From Myxococcota bacterium (lineage in GTDB: Bacteria; Myxococcota_A; UBA9160; UBA4427), in the NCBI GenBank assembly GCA_965250285.1, contig OZ252299.1, positions 1,056,001 through 1,120,000 on the forward strand: 64,000 nucleotides of DNA, in the 5' to 3' direction. Under the pieces are notes generated by a model that did not search any database, had not been told where the DNA came from, and saw only the letters and a program-made list of their open reading frames with translations. Shown one piece after another: positions 21,114-30,874 of the stretch; positions within the stretch are counted from its first letter, which is position 1, and every line of letters begins with the position of its first letter. Made by a program: the position numbers and the translations under genes.

Positions 21114-21173
21114 CTCGACTCCTCCGTGCCGCACCGAACGCCCGTCCATCGGAGCCTGATCGGCCCGATGAGG

Positions 21174-23000
21174 TTACGCGATTTGTCGCGTCGACGGCGA
21201 GAGGGACGCGAGATGTCGCTCGACTTCGTCGCGGTCGAGTCGGCCTGACCGCAGCGCGAGCGCGGGCCGAAGCCGAAGCAGGTGAAAGCAGAGCACGGTG
21301 AACGCGAAGCCCGTCACCACGACGGCGATGACGATCCCGGGCCCCGGTTCGGTCGCCACATCGACCACGCCCGCGATCGCCGCGGCGCCGGCGACGCAGA
21401 CGACGGCCAGCGATGCAGACGCGCAGATCAAGACGTCGCGCAGCGGCCGGCTCGGCCCACCGACAAGCCAGCGCCGCAGCTCGCCGGTCGAGAAGTGATC
21501 GAGGAACCAGCCGGTGGCTTCGGCGTCACCCTGCGCGCTCGGGGGCGCGAGCGGTCGTCCGGTGAGCGGGTCGTCGATCGTCCGGCCATCGGCGTGCGCC
21601 GCGATGCCCTTTCGAATCGCCTCGTGGGCACGCTCGCTGATCGGGTATCGAGTGAGGATCAACAGGGCAACGACGTAGAAGAGTGCCGGGAAGAGACCGA
21701 CGAGGAACCGGATGGTGAAGGTCACCTCTTCGGTCTGCACCACGTTCGGCTGGTATCCGACCCAGCCGAGGATCGCGAGGGGAATCGAGCTGCCGGGGAT
21801 GGCGACGAACTTGGGCACGATCGCCCAGAACGACCCGAACTGGGCCTCGCGTCGTTTGCCGGTCAGGAGCTCGTCGTAGTCGATGGTGTCGGCTGCCATC
21901 GCCGGCATGAGCACGTTGCCCACCTGGCTCTGGGTGCCGGTCAGAAAGAAGAGGAACACCGCGAACGTGAGGTCGCCCGGGCCGATGAAGAAGAAGAGCA
22001 CGCTGCCCGAGATGCCGATCGTTGCGGCCGAGACGAATGCGCCGAGCTTGCCGATGCGCCGGGACAGCGCCATCCACGCGGGAATGCAGACGAGCCCCGT
22101 CGCCATGTAGGTGACGAGCAGGATCGTCAGCCAGAGCTGCGCGTCGCCCGGCTGCAGCACGTACTCGACGAGGTAGGGCAACAGGATCGCCGGGATCGCG
22201 GCTGGAATCGCGTTCGCGAGCCCGGCGAGGAAGAGAATGCGAAACGGTCGATTGCGCAGCGCCCGACGCACGCCCGGCACGAGTGGGTTCGACGTGCGGT
22301 TCGCGAACTCGGGTCGCTCGGGCACCTTCCACACGAGTAGCCCGTACAGAGCGACGAGCAGCGCCGCGACGACGATCGCGATCCACGAGAACGCGCGCCG
22401 ATCGCTGCCTTCGCCCATCCAGTCGATCACGAGGGCCGGTGCGGCCGCGGCGCCGATCGTGCCGAGGGCGATGAAGAAGGCCTGCCAGCCGAAGAGGCTC
22501 GAGCGCTCGTGGTAGTCGAGCGAGATCTCCGCCCCCAGCGCGCCATGGGGGATCTGGTAGACGGTGTGGAAGAGAAAGTAGAGCGCGAAGCTCGCGCCGA
22601 ACCAGCCCGCTGCAGCCGGTCCTGCGAGCGACTCGGGCGGTGTGAAGAGCGCGACGACCGAGAGCGCGGTGAGCGGTACGCCGACCGCGATCCACGGCTT
22701 GCGGCGGCCCCAGCGCGTGTGTGTGCGGTCGGTGATCCAGCCCATCAACGGATCGGTGAGTGCATCGAGCGAGCGCGCGGCCGCGATCGCGAGGGCGATC
22801 AAGCCGATCGGCGCGAGGATCACGTCGCTGTAGAACTTGGGCATGTGGATGGCGATCGGGATCGCCATCGCCGCGCCGGCGAAGGCGGGCGCGCCGTAGA
22901 AGATCTTCGTCGACGTGCCGAGCTTCGCGCCCGCCGCAGTCGCTTCGGTCTCGGAGGACGAATTCGATTCGAGCGGGGGATCCGCGGGCTGGACGGGCAC
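21174..23000 (-). CDS. MFS transporter, GPH/MelB (MFS_2) family, with C-terminal extension
   Basis: DALTDPLMGWITDRTHTRWGRRKPW, IPHGALGAE, ADTIDYDELLTGKRRE. Confidence 0.9.
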   Translation of the reverse strand: MPVQPADPPLESNSSSETEATAAGAKLGTSTKIFYGAPAFAGAAMAIPIAIHMPKFYSDVILAPIGLIALAIAAARSLDALTDPLMGWITDRTHTRWGRRKPWIAVGVPLTALSVVALFTPPESLAGPAAAGWFGASFALYFLFHTVYQIPHGALGAEISLDYHERSSLFGWQAFFIALGTIGAAAAPALVIDWMGEGSDRRAFSWIAIVVAALLVALYGLLVWKVPERPEFANRTSNPLVPGVRRALRNRPFRILFLAGLANAIPAAIPAILLPYLVEYVLQPGDAQLWLTILLVTYMATGLVCIPAWMALSRRIGKLGAFVSAATIGISGSVLFFFIGPGDLTFAVFLFFLTGTQSQVGNVLMPAMAADTIDYDELLTGKRREAQFGSFWAIVPKFVAIPGSSIPLAILGWVGYQPNVVQTEEVTFTIRFLVGLFPALFYVVALLILTRYPISERAHEAIRKGIAAHADGRTIDDPLTGRPLAPPSAQGDAEATGWFLDHFSTGELRRWLVGGPSRPLRDVLICASASLAVVCVAGAAAIAGVVDVATEPGPGIVIAVVVTGFAFTVLCFHLLRLRPALALRSGRLDRDEVERHLASLSPSTRQIA

Positions 23001-23169
23001 GGATCTCTCCGATGAGCTGAGTACGGCCGGGGGCGCGCGCCGGCGGGGGCGCGACGCTAGCAGGTTTGCCGTCGTCGCCTGGCGCTGGTGGTTTCGTCGT
23101 CGCGGCGACGGTTTCGGTTCGCGAACGACGCTCGATCGGTCCCGGCTCGAGCGTGTGTATCCTCTGGCC

Positions 23170-24312
23170 ATGGCTCTCACTGCGGCTCAGCTTCGCGCGC
23201 CCCTCGGCTTTGCGCGGCCCGAGCACGTGTTGCCCGACGCCGAGCGGCCCGGGTTGCTGCGGGCGCGCACGCTGCCGATGGACACCGCGGCCGACGAGGC
23301 GTACGACTACCGGCTCTGCGTTCTGAACGACTGCACGCATGCCGAGTCGGCCCAGCCGCGACTCGAGTCGGCCGGCTGCGAGACGGTCGATCTGTCGTCG
23401 ATCGCGGCGCTGCAGCGCGCGATCGAATCGCTGCGCGTCGAAGATCGCGTGACCGAGTCATCGGCCCAGGCGATTCGCGACAGCCTGACCGGTGCGTATC
23501 TCGAGCTGAACGATGGCAAGCGCCTGCGCATCGAGCACGTCGCCGATGAAGGCTTGATCCATCGTCGCGCGGGTCCGAACGGCCTCGATGTGAACCCGGG
23601 TGGGGTCGAAGGCGCGAACGGGCACGGCGGTGCGGCGGCGGTCCACGGCGACCAGGACGTGTTCGGCACTCCGCTCGCGCAGATGATGAACGGAGGCGCG
23701 CCCGAGCTCTTCCGGCACCGCTCTCCCGATGCGTGCAACGAGACGTCGCCGCTGTTCCTGCTGAATCTGTGGATCCCGATTCAGCAGATCACACGCCCGC
23801 TGGTGCTCATGGATCGACGCACACTCGATCAGGCGAAGCATCAGCTCCGCTATGGCCTGCCCGTGACGCGCTTCCTCGATCGCGACGAGGCCAGCAGCGT
23901 GAACGACATCTGGAAGTTCCTGCCGCACCCCGACCAGGTGTGGTTCTACCGATCGACGATGGGGCCCGGTGAGGGGTGGCTCTTCGATACCCTCGGCGCG
24001 CCCCACGGCGCCTGCGTCCTGCCGGGTGAAGACGCGATCGAGTCGCTCTTTCGTCTGCTCGGCGACGCCCTCGATGCGCACACGGCTGCTGACGCCCGCG
24101 CCCTCTCTGGGATCGCCCGCGCCGAGCCGCCGTCGCTGTCCGACTCGACCCCGGCGCCGGTGCGCGCGGCGTGGCAGCGCATGACGGCCCTGCTGCGCGA
24201 GGCGAACGCGCCGGGCGATGCCTGGCGAGTGCGCGTGATCGATGCGAGGGACGCGGTCGTGCGCAAGTCGGTCGAGATGCGGCTCGTCGCCACGCTGATC
24301 CAGTCCGACTGA
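23170..24312 (+). CDS. CmcJ/NvfI (AsaB/GA4-desaturase)-like putative Fe/2OG oxygenase
   Basis: VHGD (HxD), LNLWIPI..PLVLMD, WFYRSTMGPGE, PHGA, RKSVEMRLV. Confidence 0.55.
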   Translation: MALTAAQLRAPLGFARPEHVLPDAERPGLLRARTLPMDTAADEAYDYRLCVLNDCTHAESAQPRLESAGCETVDLSSIAALQRAIESLRVEDRVTESSAQAIRDSLTGAYLELNDGKRLRIEHVADEGLIHRRAGPNGLDVNPGGVEGANGHGGAAAVHGDQDVFGTPLAQMMNGGAPELFRHRSPDACNETSPLFLLNLWIPIQQITRPLVLMDRRTLDQAKHQLRYGLPVTRFLDRDEASSVNDIWKFLPHPDQVWFYRSTMGPGEGWLFDTLGAPHGACVLPGEDAIESLFRLLGDALDAHTAADARALSGIARAEPPSLSDSTPAPVRAAWQRMTALLREANAPGDAWRVRVIDARDAVVRKSVEMRLVATLIQSD

Positions 24313-24500
24313 CGTCGCCAGGCCCGTGCGTCGAGATCGCTTCGCGGGGAGAGGCGCCCGGCATCCCGTCGGCGCATCGGCTTCCACGCTCAGCAAAGTC
24401 TTGATACGCTGGGCCGACCCCGGGCCGCTCATTCGTCGACTGCATCGTGCGCGCCGGGGCCTCAAACGGCCGCCGACCTCGGCGGAAGAGGAGCGCGCCC

Positions 24501-26114
24501 GTGGAAGCCACCTTTGCGAACGTCTGGGAGGGCATCGCCGAAGCGCAGCCCGATGCCCCCGCGATCACCATCGGTGACGCCTGCCGCACGTGGGGTGACT
24601 GGGAAGATCGCGCTGCGCGGCTGGCCGGCGCCTTCGAAGCCGCCGGCCTCGGGCCCGACTCGAAGGTCGGTCTCTACCTCTACAACGGCATCGAGTACTG
24701 CGAGGCGCAGTTCGCCGCATTCAAGGGGCGCGGCGTCCCGATCAACATCAACTACCGCTACCTCGACGACGAGCTGCTCTATCTGCTCGAGAACTCTGAC
24801 AGCGAGGCGCTCGTGTTTCACGGCAGCCTCGGTGACCGGGTGGCGAAGGTGATCGAGCGCAGCCGGGGGACGAAGCTCTGGCTGCAGGTCGACGACGGCG
24901 GGCATTCCCTCGTGCCCGGTGCGCAGTGGTACGAAGACGTGATCGCCGCCCACGACCCGGCGGCGCCGATTCGGCGCTCCGAGGAAGACGTCTACATGCT
25001 CTACACCGGCGGCACGACCGGCATGCCGAAGGGCGTGATGTACGACATGGGCGGCATGGTGCGCTCGTTTCTGACGTTGGCGCTACCGGTCATGGGGCTC
25101 GCCCCGCCCGACGATCTCGAGACCCTCGTCCCTTCCCTCATGGCTGCCAAGGCCGAGGGCAAGCTCAGCGTCAGCGTGCCCGCCTGTCCGATGATGCACG
25201 GCACCGGCGGCTGGATCGGCACGATGATGCCTCACTGTGCCGGGGCCGAGGTCGCGTGCCTCGAGGGGCGATCGTTCGATGCGCATGAACTCTGGCAGGT
25301 CGCCCAACGACGTCGCGCCACACAGCTCGTGATCGTGGGGGATGCCTTTGCCAAGCCGATGATCACCGCGCTCGATGAGGCGAAGACGCGCGGCGAGACG
25401 TATGACACGTCTTCGGTTCGGCTCATCATCTCGTCGGGTGTCATGTGGAGCGCCGAGGTGAAGCAGGGGCTGCTCGACCGCGGCGGTTTCACGCTCTTCG
25501 ATGCAATGGGCTCGAGTGAGGGGTCGATGGGCAATCAGGTCTCGGGCCCGGGCATGCCACCTTCGACCGCGAAGTTCGCGATGTCGCCCACCACCAAGGT
25601 CTTCAACGAGGCCGGTGAAGAGGTGAAGCCAGGGAGCGGTGAGCGAGGTCTCGTCGCGGCGGGCGGCAACGTACCGACCGGCTACTACAAGGATGCGACG
25701 AAGTCGGCCGCGACGTTCAAGACGATCGATGGTGTGCGGTACTCGTTCCCCGGTGATTGGGCCACCGTCGAAGAGGACGGCACGATCACGCTGCTGGGTC
25801 GCGGCTCGCAGTGCATCAACACGGCAGGCGAGAAGGTCTTCCCTGAAGAAGTCGAGGAGGCGGTCAAGCAGCACCCCGACGTGGTCGACTGCCTGGTCGT
25901 CGGGGTCGACGACGAGAAGTTCGGTCAGCGCGTGACCGCCGTCGCGTCCCTTGCACCGGGTGCGGCTGCCGACGAGGAGGTGCTGCGCGGATTCGTGCGC
26001 GAGCGCCTCTCGGCGTACAAAGTGCCCAAGCAGGTCTTCCTGGTCGATCACGTGCAGCGCGCGCCGAATGGCAAAGCCGACTACGGCTGGGCGCGCGAGG
26101 TCGCGGGCGGATAG
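24501..26114 (+). CDS. Acyl-CoA synthetase (FadD19-like AMP-binding enzyme)
   Basis: YTGGTTGMPKG, GSSEG, PGDWA, GRGSQCINTAGEKVFPEEVE, NGKADY. Confidence 0.9.
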   Translation: MEATFANVWEGIAEAQPDAPAITIGDACRTWGDWEDRAARLAGAFEAAGLGPDSKVGLYLYNGIEYCEAQFAAFKGRGVPININYRYLDDELLYLLENSDSEALVFHGSLGDRVAKVIERSRGTKLWLQVDDGGHSLVPGAQWYEDVIAAHDPAAPIRRSEEDVYMLYTGGTTGMPKGVMYDMGGMVRSFLTLALPVMGLAPPDDLETLVPSLMAAKAEGKLSVSVPACPMMHGTGGWIGTMMPHCAGAEVACLEGRSFDAHELWQVAQRRRATQLVIVGDAFAKPMITALDEAKTRGETYDTSSVRLIISSGVMWSAEVKQGLLDRGGFTLFDAMGSSEGSMGNQVSGPGMPPSTAKFAMSPTTKVFNEAGEEVKPGSGERGLVAAGGNVPTGYYKDATKSAATFKTIDGVRYSFPGDWATVEEDGTITLLGRGSQCINTAGEKVFPEEVEEAVKQHPDVVDCLVVGVDDEKFGQRVTAVASLAPGAAADEEVLRGFVRERLSAYKVPKQVFLVDHVQRAPNGKADYGWAREVAGG

Positions 26115-26115
26115 G

Positions 26116-26204
26116 CTGCGCCGGCCGGGTCGTGTCGCGCTCGCACTCGCAACGAACCTGCGCCCGCCGGGTCGTGCCGCTCTAGCCCTCGCGACGAACC
26201 TGCG
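26116..26204. repeat. Imperfect 42-bp tandem duplication spanning the NUDIX stop
   Basis: CTGCGCCGGCCGGGTCGTGTCGC...GCAACGAAC followed by CTGCGCCCGCCGGGTCGTGCCGC...GCGACGAAC, then CTGCG. Confidence 0.7.
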
Positions 26205-26796
26205 GGCGCATGCCCCGGTACGACACGAAGAGCGGGCGCCGTCTCGAGCCACGACGCGCACGCATGCGGTCGAGTGCCTCTTCGAGCATCAGGTCGGTGA
26301 CGTCGATGGTCGGCAGCGCGAGCGCCTCATCGATCGAGAGCCAAGCGAGCTCTTCGAGCTCGCCATTGCTGCGCGGCGAGGGCAGGCGGCCGCGCCACTC
26401 GAGACAGAAGAAGCGGGCGTGATAGCGAATCGGGTTACCGGTCGGGGTGATGGCGCGTCCGACGTATTCCAGGCGCGCGAGGTCGGGCGCGATCGTTTCG
26501 CCTTCGACTTCACCGATTGCGACGCCCGTCTCTTCGAACGTCTCGCGCAGCGCCGCCGCACCGAGCGCGTGCGGATGCGCGTGTCGCGCGCCGAGCTGCC
26601 GCTCGACGGCGGGTCGCAGCGGCGAGAGCAGAGGCGACGCCTGATCGGCGCGGTCGACCCGCCCACCCGGAAAGACCCACACCTCGGGCATGAAGCTCAT
26701 TCGGGTCGAGCGCCGGCCCATGAGCACGCGCCATCCATCGCGACCATGATGAAGCGCGATCAGGCTCGCAGCATCGCGGGGACGCGCCTCGCTCAC
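26182..26796 (-). CDS. NUDIX hydrolase (NUDT19-like, interrupted Nudix box)
   Basis: PRDAASL, FMPEVWVFPGGRVD...AALRETFEETG, ITP..PIRYHARFF. Confidence 0.85.
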   Translation of the reverse strand: MSEARPRDAASLIALHHGRDGWRVLMGRRSTRMSFMPEVWVFPGGRVDRADQASPLLSPLRPAVERQLGARHAHPHALGAAALRETFEETGVAIGEVEGETIAPDLARLEYVGRAITPTGNPIRYHARFFCLEWRGRLPSPRSNGELEELAWLSIDEALALPTIDVTDLMLEEALDRMRARRGSRRRPLFVSYRGMRPQVRREG

Positions 26797-26869
26797 GGGC
26801 AAGGCCCCGGTTTCGCGGGGCCCGAACGGTCGGCCTGCCGCATGCGCCTCATCGGTCGGCGGCCCGCGC

Positions 26870-28729
26870 TCACGCCCGAGCCGCCTGAGCCGAAGGCTTC
26901 GGCTCGGTCCGCGGCAGCACGAGCCGCACGCGCGCGCCCGACGGCGACCGGTTCGAGAGCTCGAGGCGGCCGTCGAGATCGCGCACCACGCGTCGCACCA
27001 TGGCGAGACCCAGCCCCGTGCCGCCCTGGCGCGACGTCTGGAACGGTTGCGCGCCGGCCTCGAGGGTCTCGTCGGGGAACCCCGGGCCATCGTCGTCGAC
27101 GCCCAGCACGAGGTCATCGCCGTGCACGGCGACCGTCACGTCGATGCGTCCCTCCGAGCCGGCCCCCTGTGACTCGATCGCCTGCTGCGCGTTCAAGACG
27201 AGATTGAGGAGCGCCTGACGAACCCGATCCCGGGGCAGGGGCCAGTGAGTCGCCGCGTCGGGCTCGTAGACCAGCTGAACCGTTGCCGGCACGCGGAATC
27301 GCACGAGTGCGCACAGCTCGTCGACCAGGCGCGTCACGTCGACGTCGCCGATGGGCTCGGGCTCGTGGCGCGCGGGGGCGAGGTAAGCGCTGAGCAGTCG
27401 CGTCAGCCGCTGCATCTCCTTCGCGATCAGCTCGAGGCGCTCCTTCGTGTCGGGGTCGCCCGTTTCGCGGAGCAGGTTCTCGAGGCTCATCATCATGCCG
27501 GCGATCGGGTTGCGCAGCTCGTGGGCGAGCCCCGCTGCCACCTCACCGAGCGCGGCGAGTCGCTCGGCGCGAGCGAGGGACTCGTGCTGCTCGAGCAGCG
27601 TCGTCGCGGCCGCCTCGGCGCGGTCGCGGGCGACGGCCAGCTCTGCGTTCGACCGCCGCAGCTCGAGGGCGCGTTCGACCAGGTCGTCGGTCAGACCTGC
27701 GGCGAGGGCGACCGCCTGCTGGCGACGCTGATTCAGCCAGCGCACCGCGCCGAAGATCAGGAGGCTGGTGACGACCCCCGTCGCCAGCACGGCCCAGGAC
27801 TCGCGGCGCCGGTCGTAGAATGCGTGGGGGTCGTCGCCGTCGACGACGAGCGTCCACGACTCGCCGTAGAGATCGATGCGGGCCGCGCCGCGGTAGCGAC
27901 CCGCTTCGCTTTCGACGACGCCGTCCGAGGCCGAGTCGGTGAAGAGCAGGAAGGCCGGATCGGGCTCGGCGCTCGAGTACAGGCTCAGATCGATGAGCGG
28001 GTCATCCTCCTTCACCAGCGTTTCGAGCAGGCCCTCGACGAATCGCTGTGCGATGAAGGGGGCATACACCCAGCCGTGGATCAGCGCTTGGCGATCTTCG
28101 ACCGTGGTCGGCACCTGCCCTCCATCGTAGACGGGCGTGAACATCACGAAGATCGGCTCGACGTCGCCCGGTTCGACTTCGAACTCGACGCGTTCGGAGA
28201 GCGTCGTCTCACCCGTATCGCGTGCGCGCTCCATCGCCCGGCGTAGCTCGGCGACCGACGCCACATCGAAGCCGACCCGCCCCTCGTTCGGCGAGACCGG
28301 GTTCGCGTACTGAATCACGAAGTGCTCCTCGAGCGGGAGCCGCGGGTAGATGCGAACGAGCAGTCCTGCGCCTTCGCCGAGCGCGCTCTCGGTCTCGGCC
28401 AGTTCGTCGGCGCGTACCCGCACGGCATAGCCGAGGCCCTGCGCGCCCGGGTGCCGACGCGGCAGATCGAGTCGTTGCTGGAACTCGCGCCACTCATCGC
28501 GGGTGACCTCGTCGCTCGCGTTGAAGAGGCCGGCGCCGCCGAGCAGGGCGTCGCGGTAGCTATCGAGGCGGTGTTCGAGGGCCGCCGTCGTGTCGCGCAG
28601 CACTCCGTCGAAGTAGCTCCAGCGGGCGCGCTCGGCGTCGCGCTGGGCCTCGCGCCACGCGTCGTGGGTGAAGGCGAGGCACACCACCAGCACGATCCAC
28701 GGGAGCATTCGAAAGATGAGTTCGCGCAT
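26870..28729 (-). CDS. CHASE-domain sensor histidine kinase
   Basis: TM-CHASE (GFDVAS...AMERARDTGE, GWVYAPF)-TM; H-box LAHELRNP; NLVLNA, DDGPG, GTGLGL. Confidence 0.9.
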   Translation of the reverse strand: MRELIFRMLPWIVLVVCLAFTHDAWREAQRDAERARWSYFDGVLRDTTAALEHRLDSYRDALLGGAGLFNASDEVTRDEWREFQQRLDLPRRHPGAQGLGYAVRVRADELAETESALGEGAGLLVRIYPRLPLEEHFVIQYANPVSPNEGRVGFDVASVAELRRAMERARDTGETTLSERVEFEVEPGDVEPIFVMFTPVYDGGQVPTTVEDRQALIHGWVYAPFIAQRFVEGLLETLVKEDDPLIDLSLYSSAEPDPAFLLFTDSASDGVVESEAGRYRGAARIDLYGESWTLVVDGDDPHAFYDRRRESWAVLATGVVTSLLIFGAVRWLNQRRQQAVALAAGLTDDLVERALELRRSNAELAVARDRAEAAATTLLEQHESLARAERLAALGEVAAGLAHELRNPIAGMMMSLENLLRETGDPDTKERLELIAKEMQRLTRLLSAYLAPARHEPEPIGDVDVTRLVDELCALVRFRVPATVQLVYEPDAATHWPLPRDRVRQALLNLVLNAQQAIESQGAGSEGRIDVTVAVHGDDLVLGVDDDGPGFPDETLEAGAQPFQTSRQGGTGLGLAMVRRVVRDLDGRLELSNRSPSGARVRLVLPRTEPKPSAQAARA

Positions 28730-28933
28730 CGGGTCCCGATCCGAGGAGGCGCGACGAGCCTAGCAGCACGCCCGACGCCCGCGCAGATGCGAGGTCGACC
28801 ATCGAGATCCCGCCGAAGGTGCTGATTTCAGAGCGAAAACACTGACCGCGAGACGTCGTTCGTGTTAGCGTGATCCCCATGGGCGCGCTTCGTTCGCGCG
28901 CACCACTCGACCTCCCGCGGGTTCGGTACAGAG

Positions 28934-30802
28934 ATGGCGAACCGCTCGATTCTCCTGATGGCGTTGCTCGCGGCGATTGCGGCCGCGGCGGTGACCACGA
29001 TCGTCGCCGATCGGGGGCCCACCGTGGCGGCGCTCGAACGGCAGGACGAGCGCGACATCGCCGACGTCGCCACGGAGCGACTCACCGAGGCCGGGCCCGT
29101 CGTCGGAACCACCGACGCCCGCGGTGTCCATGCCTGGCTCGGCATTCCGTATGCGAACGCGCCGACCGGAGCGCTTCGCTGGCGAGCGCCGCAGCCGCCC
29201 GCGCCCTGGGTCGAGACCCTGGACGCCTTCGAGCCGGGTCCCGCCTGTGCGCAACCCTCTCATCTCCCCGGTGACGCGGTCGGCGCCGGTCCGGCGGTGA
29301 TCGGCAGTGAGAGTTGTCTCACGCTCGACGTCTGGGCGCCGGGTGAAGACGTGCAGGTGCGCGGGCGAGACGCCTCACAGGGGCGACCCGTCATGGTCTG
29401 GGTGAATGGCGCGGCCGCGTTCACCGACGCTTCGGGCGCTCGCGTCGATGGCTCGACGCTCGCTGCGAGCGAGGGTGTCGTGGTGGTGTCGTTGCGCCAT
29501 CGGTTGGGCGTGCTCGGATTCTTTGCGCACCCCGCACTGGCCGATCCCGATCATGCGCTCGGGGCGAGTGGCAACTTCGCGACGCTCGACGTGATCCTCG
29601 GCCTCGAGTGGGTGCGCGACCACATTCGAGAGTTCGGTGGTGACCCGAACAACGTGACGCTCTTCGGTGACGCCGCGGGCGCGACCCAGGTCATGTCGAT
29701 GCTGCTGGCCCCCGCCGCACGCGGGCTCTTCCATCGCGCGATCCTGCAGGGCGGCAGCGTCGAGACCGTCGCTTCGAGCGATCTCGCCGTGTCGCCGTCG
29801 GGGCCGGACGCCTTCGTCGCCGAGCTGCTGCTCACCGAGGGCACCGTCGCGAGCGACGAGGAGGCGCGGGCCTTCGCGAGCGGTTTGTCGCCCGCCGAAA
29901 CCGCCGACTACCTGCGTCGACGCCCCGTGCGCGACGTGCTCGCCGCGGCCGAGCGCCTCGAGCGCCGGCACCCCGATGGGGTCGTCGCGCGGCTGGTGCG
30001 GGACGGCTTGGTGATTCCCGAGGCGCCGCCCTTCGAGCGCTTCGCGAGCGCCGAGCGCTACAACGCCGTGCCGATCATCCTTGGTAGCAACCGCGATGAC
30101 GCCAAGCTCGAGCTCGCTTACGACCCCGCGCTGGTTTCGAACGTGATGGGTCGCTTCTACCGCGTTCGCGACCGCGCGCACTACGAAGAGCTCGCGCGCA
30201 TCGCGAGCGCGGCGCGCCGGGCGCGCGTCGTCGACGAGCCCGCAGGCGTCCTGCATGCCGCGCAGGGGCCGTCGGTGTGGGTGTACCGCTTCGACTGGGA
30301 CGAGCACGCCTCAGCGATCGGCACCGACCTGCGCCAGCTGCTGGGCGCGGGCCACGGCCTCGAGGTGCCGTTCGTCTTCGGAGAGTTTCGATATCAGCCC
30401 ACTCACTTCGGTCATCTCGTCTTCGACGAGGCGAACGCCCCGGGCCGGCGCGACCTCAGCGCCGCGATGATGTCGTACTGGGCCGAGTTCGCCTGGACGG
30501 GCGCACCCGGTCGAGGCGGCGAAGGGCGCCTGCCGCTCTGGCAGCCGTGGGACGAGGCGGGTCGGGTGCCCGGGCGATTCCTCGTGCTCGACTCCGCCGC
30601 GGGCGGCGGCGTGCGCATGAAGGCGGGCAAGGTGACATCGGGCGAGGTGCTCGCCGAGCTCGACGCGTCGACCGAGCTGGCCGCGGCCGACAAGTGCGAG
30701 GTGCTGCGGCGCTGGCGCGACGATGCCGGGGGCGTGCTCGCGCCGGCGACGAGCCGAGCGCTGGCCGAACGCGCGCGGGCGTGCTTCGGCGGACCGCTCT
30801 AG
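28934..30802 (+). CDS. Type-B carboxylesterase-fold protein, apparently catalytically inactive, N-terminally anchored
   Basis: GIPYANAPTGALRWRAP, SESCLTLDVW, FGGDPNNVTLFG, LFHRAI, GAGHGLE. The nucleophile motif reads GDAAG. Confidence 0.85.
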   Translation: MANRSILLMALLAAIAAAAVTTIVADRGPTVAALERQDERDIADVATERLTEAGPVVGTTDARGVHAWLGIPYANAPTGALRWRAPQPPAPWVETLDAFEPGPACAQPSHLPGDAVGAGPAVIGSESCLTLDVWAPGEDVQVRGRDASQGRPVMVWVNGAAAFTDASGARVDGSTLAASEGVVVVSLRHRLGVLGFFAHPALADPDHALGASGNFATLDVILGLEWVRDHIREFGGDPNNVTLFGDAAGATQVMSMLLAPAARGLFHRAILQGGSVETVASSDLAVSPSGPDAFVAELLLTEGTVASDEEARAFASGLSPAETADYLRRRPVRDVLAAAERLERRHPDGVVARLVRDGLVIPEAPPFERFASAERYNAVPIILGSNRDDAKLELAYDPALVSNVMGRFYRVRDRAHYEELARIASAARRARVVDEPAGVLHAAQGPSVWVYRFDWDEHASAIGTDLRQLLGAGHGLEVPFVFGEFRYQPTHFGHLVFDEANAPGRRDLSAAMMSYWAEFAWTGAPGRGGEGRLPLWQPWDEAGRVPGRFLVLDSAAGGGVRMKAGKVTSGEVLAELDASTELAAADKCEVLRRWRDDAGGVLAPATSRALAERARACFGGPL

Positions 30803-30874
30803 CCCGCCGAGGTCGGCCGGGATTCTCGACCGAGCGAGTGATAGACTCCGCCGCCCTCGACGGAGCGCTGCCTG

